A model generated the notes under the pieces. The model had not been told where the DNA came from and did not search any database. It saw nothing but the letters and a program-made list of their open reading frames with translations. Source: a virus (lineage: Duplodnaviria > Caudoviricetes). Taken from it: a DNA stretch of 24,573 bases. Shown here one piece after another: positions 23,639 through 24,573 of this stretch. The stretch spans positions 1 to 24,573 of the IMG/VR virus record IMGVR_UViG_3300025296_000124; one strand, given 5' to 3'. The position numbers and the translations under genes are program-made. The first letter of the stretch is position 1. Each line of letters begins with the position of its first letter.

Positions 23639-24523
23639 ATGTTAAATACCTTTGAACTACCCGAAGCATTAAAATTCAATCCAGTACTAGTACCTATTCA
23701 ACACAATGGTTATGACCTTCCAAAGAGAATAGGTCAAAAAGTTGTGCGTGATGATACCAATGAAGTGTTGGGTATTGTAAAGTCTCGCAACACTCCCACG
23801 CCGTATGCTGATTTGTGGGAACCTCTGGTCAATGGCTTGGAATCATCTGGTCTTGATCTTGATGATGCAGAGATTAAGTGGAACATCATGAACAATGGTG
23901 CCCGTATGTATGCGGACATTACGCTCAAGTCTTACAACTACGATCGTATTGTAGGCGAGAAGACTGCCTTGCAAATGCGAGTTCGTAACAGTGTAGATGG
24001 CTCCTTGAAGTACGATGTATCGGCTCTTATAAAGCGTCTGTGGTGTGCTAATGGTTGCTCCCGTATTGCAGAGAATACTTCTGCTCAATTCAAGCACACG
24101 GTAAACACAGAGCCTGAGAAGATTGGTGAGGTAGCTTCTACGTGGCCTGTAGCGTTAGAGGATGACGCCCATCTCTTTAATCACATGAGAAAGGTAGAGA
24201 TAGATAGGGATTTGGCACAGCATTTTCTGTCACGTAACCTTTGCTTAACCAAGACCAAGACTAAGATTAAGACAAACGACAAGTGGCTTGGCCGTATGAT
24301 GGGACTGTGGGATAACTACAGTGCATCTATCGGCAGAAATGGGTACGCACTTTACAACACGTTGACCCATTATGGTACGCACGTTGACCGTGATAGCCTA
24401 CGGGGGGCTGAAGTTGGTAACCGTGCGTTGCGACAGGAGCAAGATGTCCAAACTTTGGTGCGAGGTAAGGCATTTAAAAGTCTCATAAGGTATGATGACT
24501 TTGAGCAGCGGGTAGCTGCGTAG
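23639..24523 (+). CDS. DUF932-like phage/plasmid protein
   Basis: VVRDDTNEVLGIV, NSVDGS, RLWCANG, KHT, YALYNTLTHY.TH motifs; AAGGAG SD. Confidence 0.78.
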   Translation: MLNTFELPEALKFNPVLVPIQHNGYDLPKRIGQKVVRDDTNEVLGIVKSRNTPTPYADLWEPLVNGLESSGLDLDDAEIKWNIMNNGARMYADITLKSYNYDRIVGEKTALQMRVRNSVDGSLKYDVSALIKRLWCANGCSRIAENTSAQFKHTVNTEPEKIGEVASTWPVALEDDAHLFNHMRKVEIDRDLAQHFLSRNLCLTKTKTKIKTNDKWLGRMMGLWDNYSASIGRNGYALYNTLTHYGTHVDRDSLRGAEVGNRALRQEQDVQTLVRGKAFKSLIRYDDFEQRVAA

Positions 24524-24573
24524 GCTTTGTCGCAAGGTGGCAGGTGTGTGGGTTTTTGTTCTCCTCCATGCAC

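Noticed and set aside
1-24573. tRNA/rRNA genes or IS elements
   Set aside because: No cloverleaf/T-loop signature, rRNA-like stretch or transposase seen by eye; tRNAscan not run

Overview
This window is part of a tailed dsDNA phage genome. It is podovirus-like; by recall, the capsid/portal/terminase block resembles marine HMO-2011-type or roseophage-like alphaproteobacterial phages, which I have not verified by search. Bases 1-15.6 kb are a minus-strand late arm: MazG-like pyrophosphohydrolase, small basic proteins, a 2OG-Fe(II) oxygenase, lysis genes, TerS/HNH/TerL, portal, an 884-aa protein, an AT-rich fatty-acid desaturase, scaffold and major capsid protein. Bases 16.4-24.5 kb are a plus-strand early arm of mostly small unknown genes plus a SleB-type hydrolase and a DUF932-like protein. 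A gene-free divergence region (~15.6-16.4 kb) probably contains the genome terminus. The most striking unexplained structure is a perfect palindrome, TTACGCA(C/G)TGCGTAA, found 13 times and only in the early arm. It is fused to the Shine-Dalgarno of many early genes and alternates with a second 16-bp repeat (ATGATAAGTTGAAGGA) in a ~60-bp periodic non-coding array. Other highlights: an unannotated 36-aa, 10-Cys metallothionein-like gene, an ArfA-like peptide, a recurring xxxGG motif in late proteins, and a TerL with no ATG before its Walker A motif.
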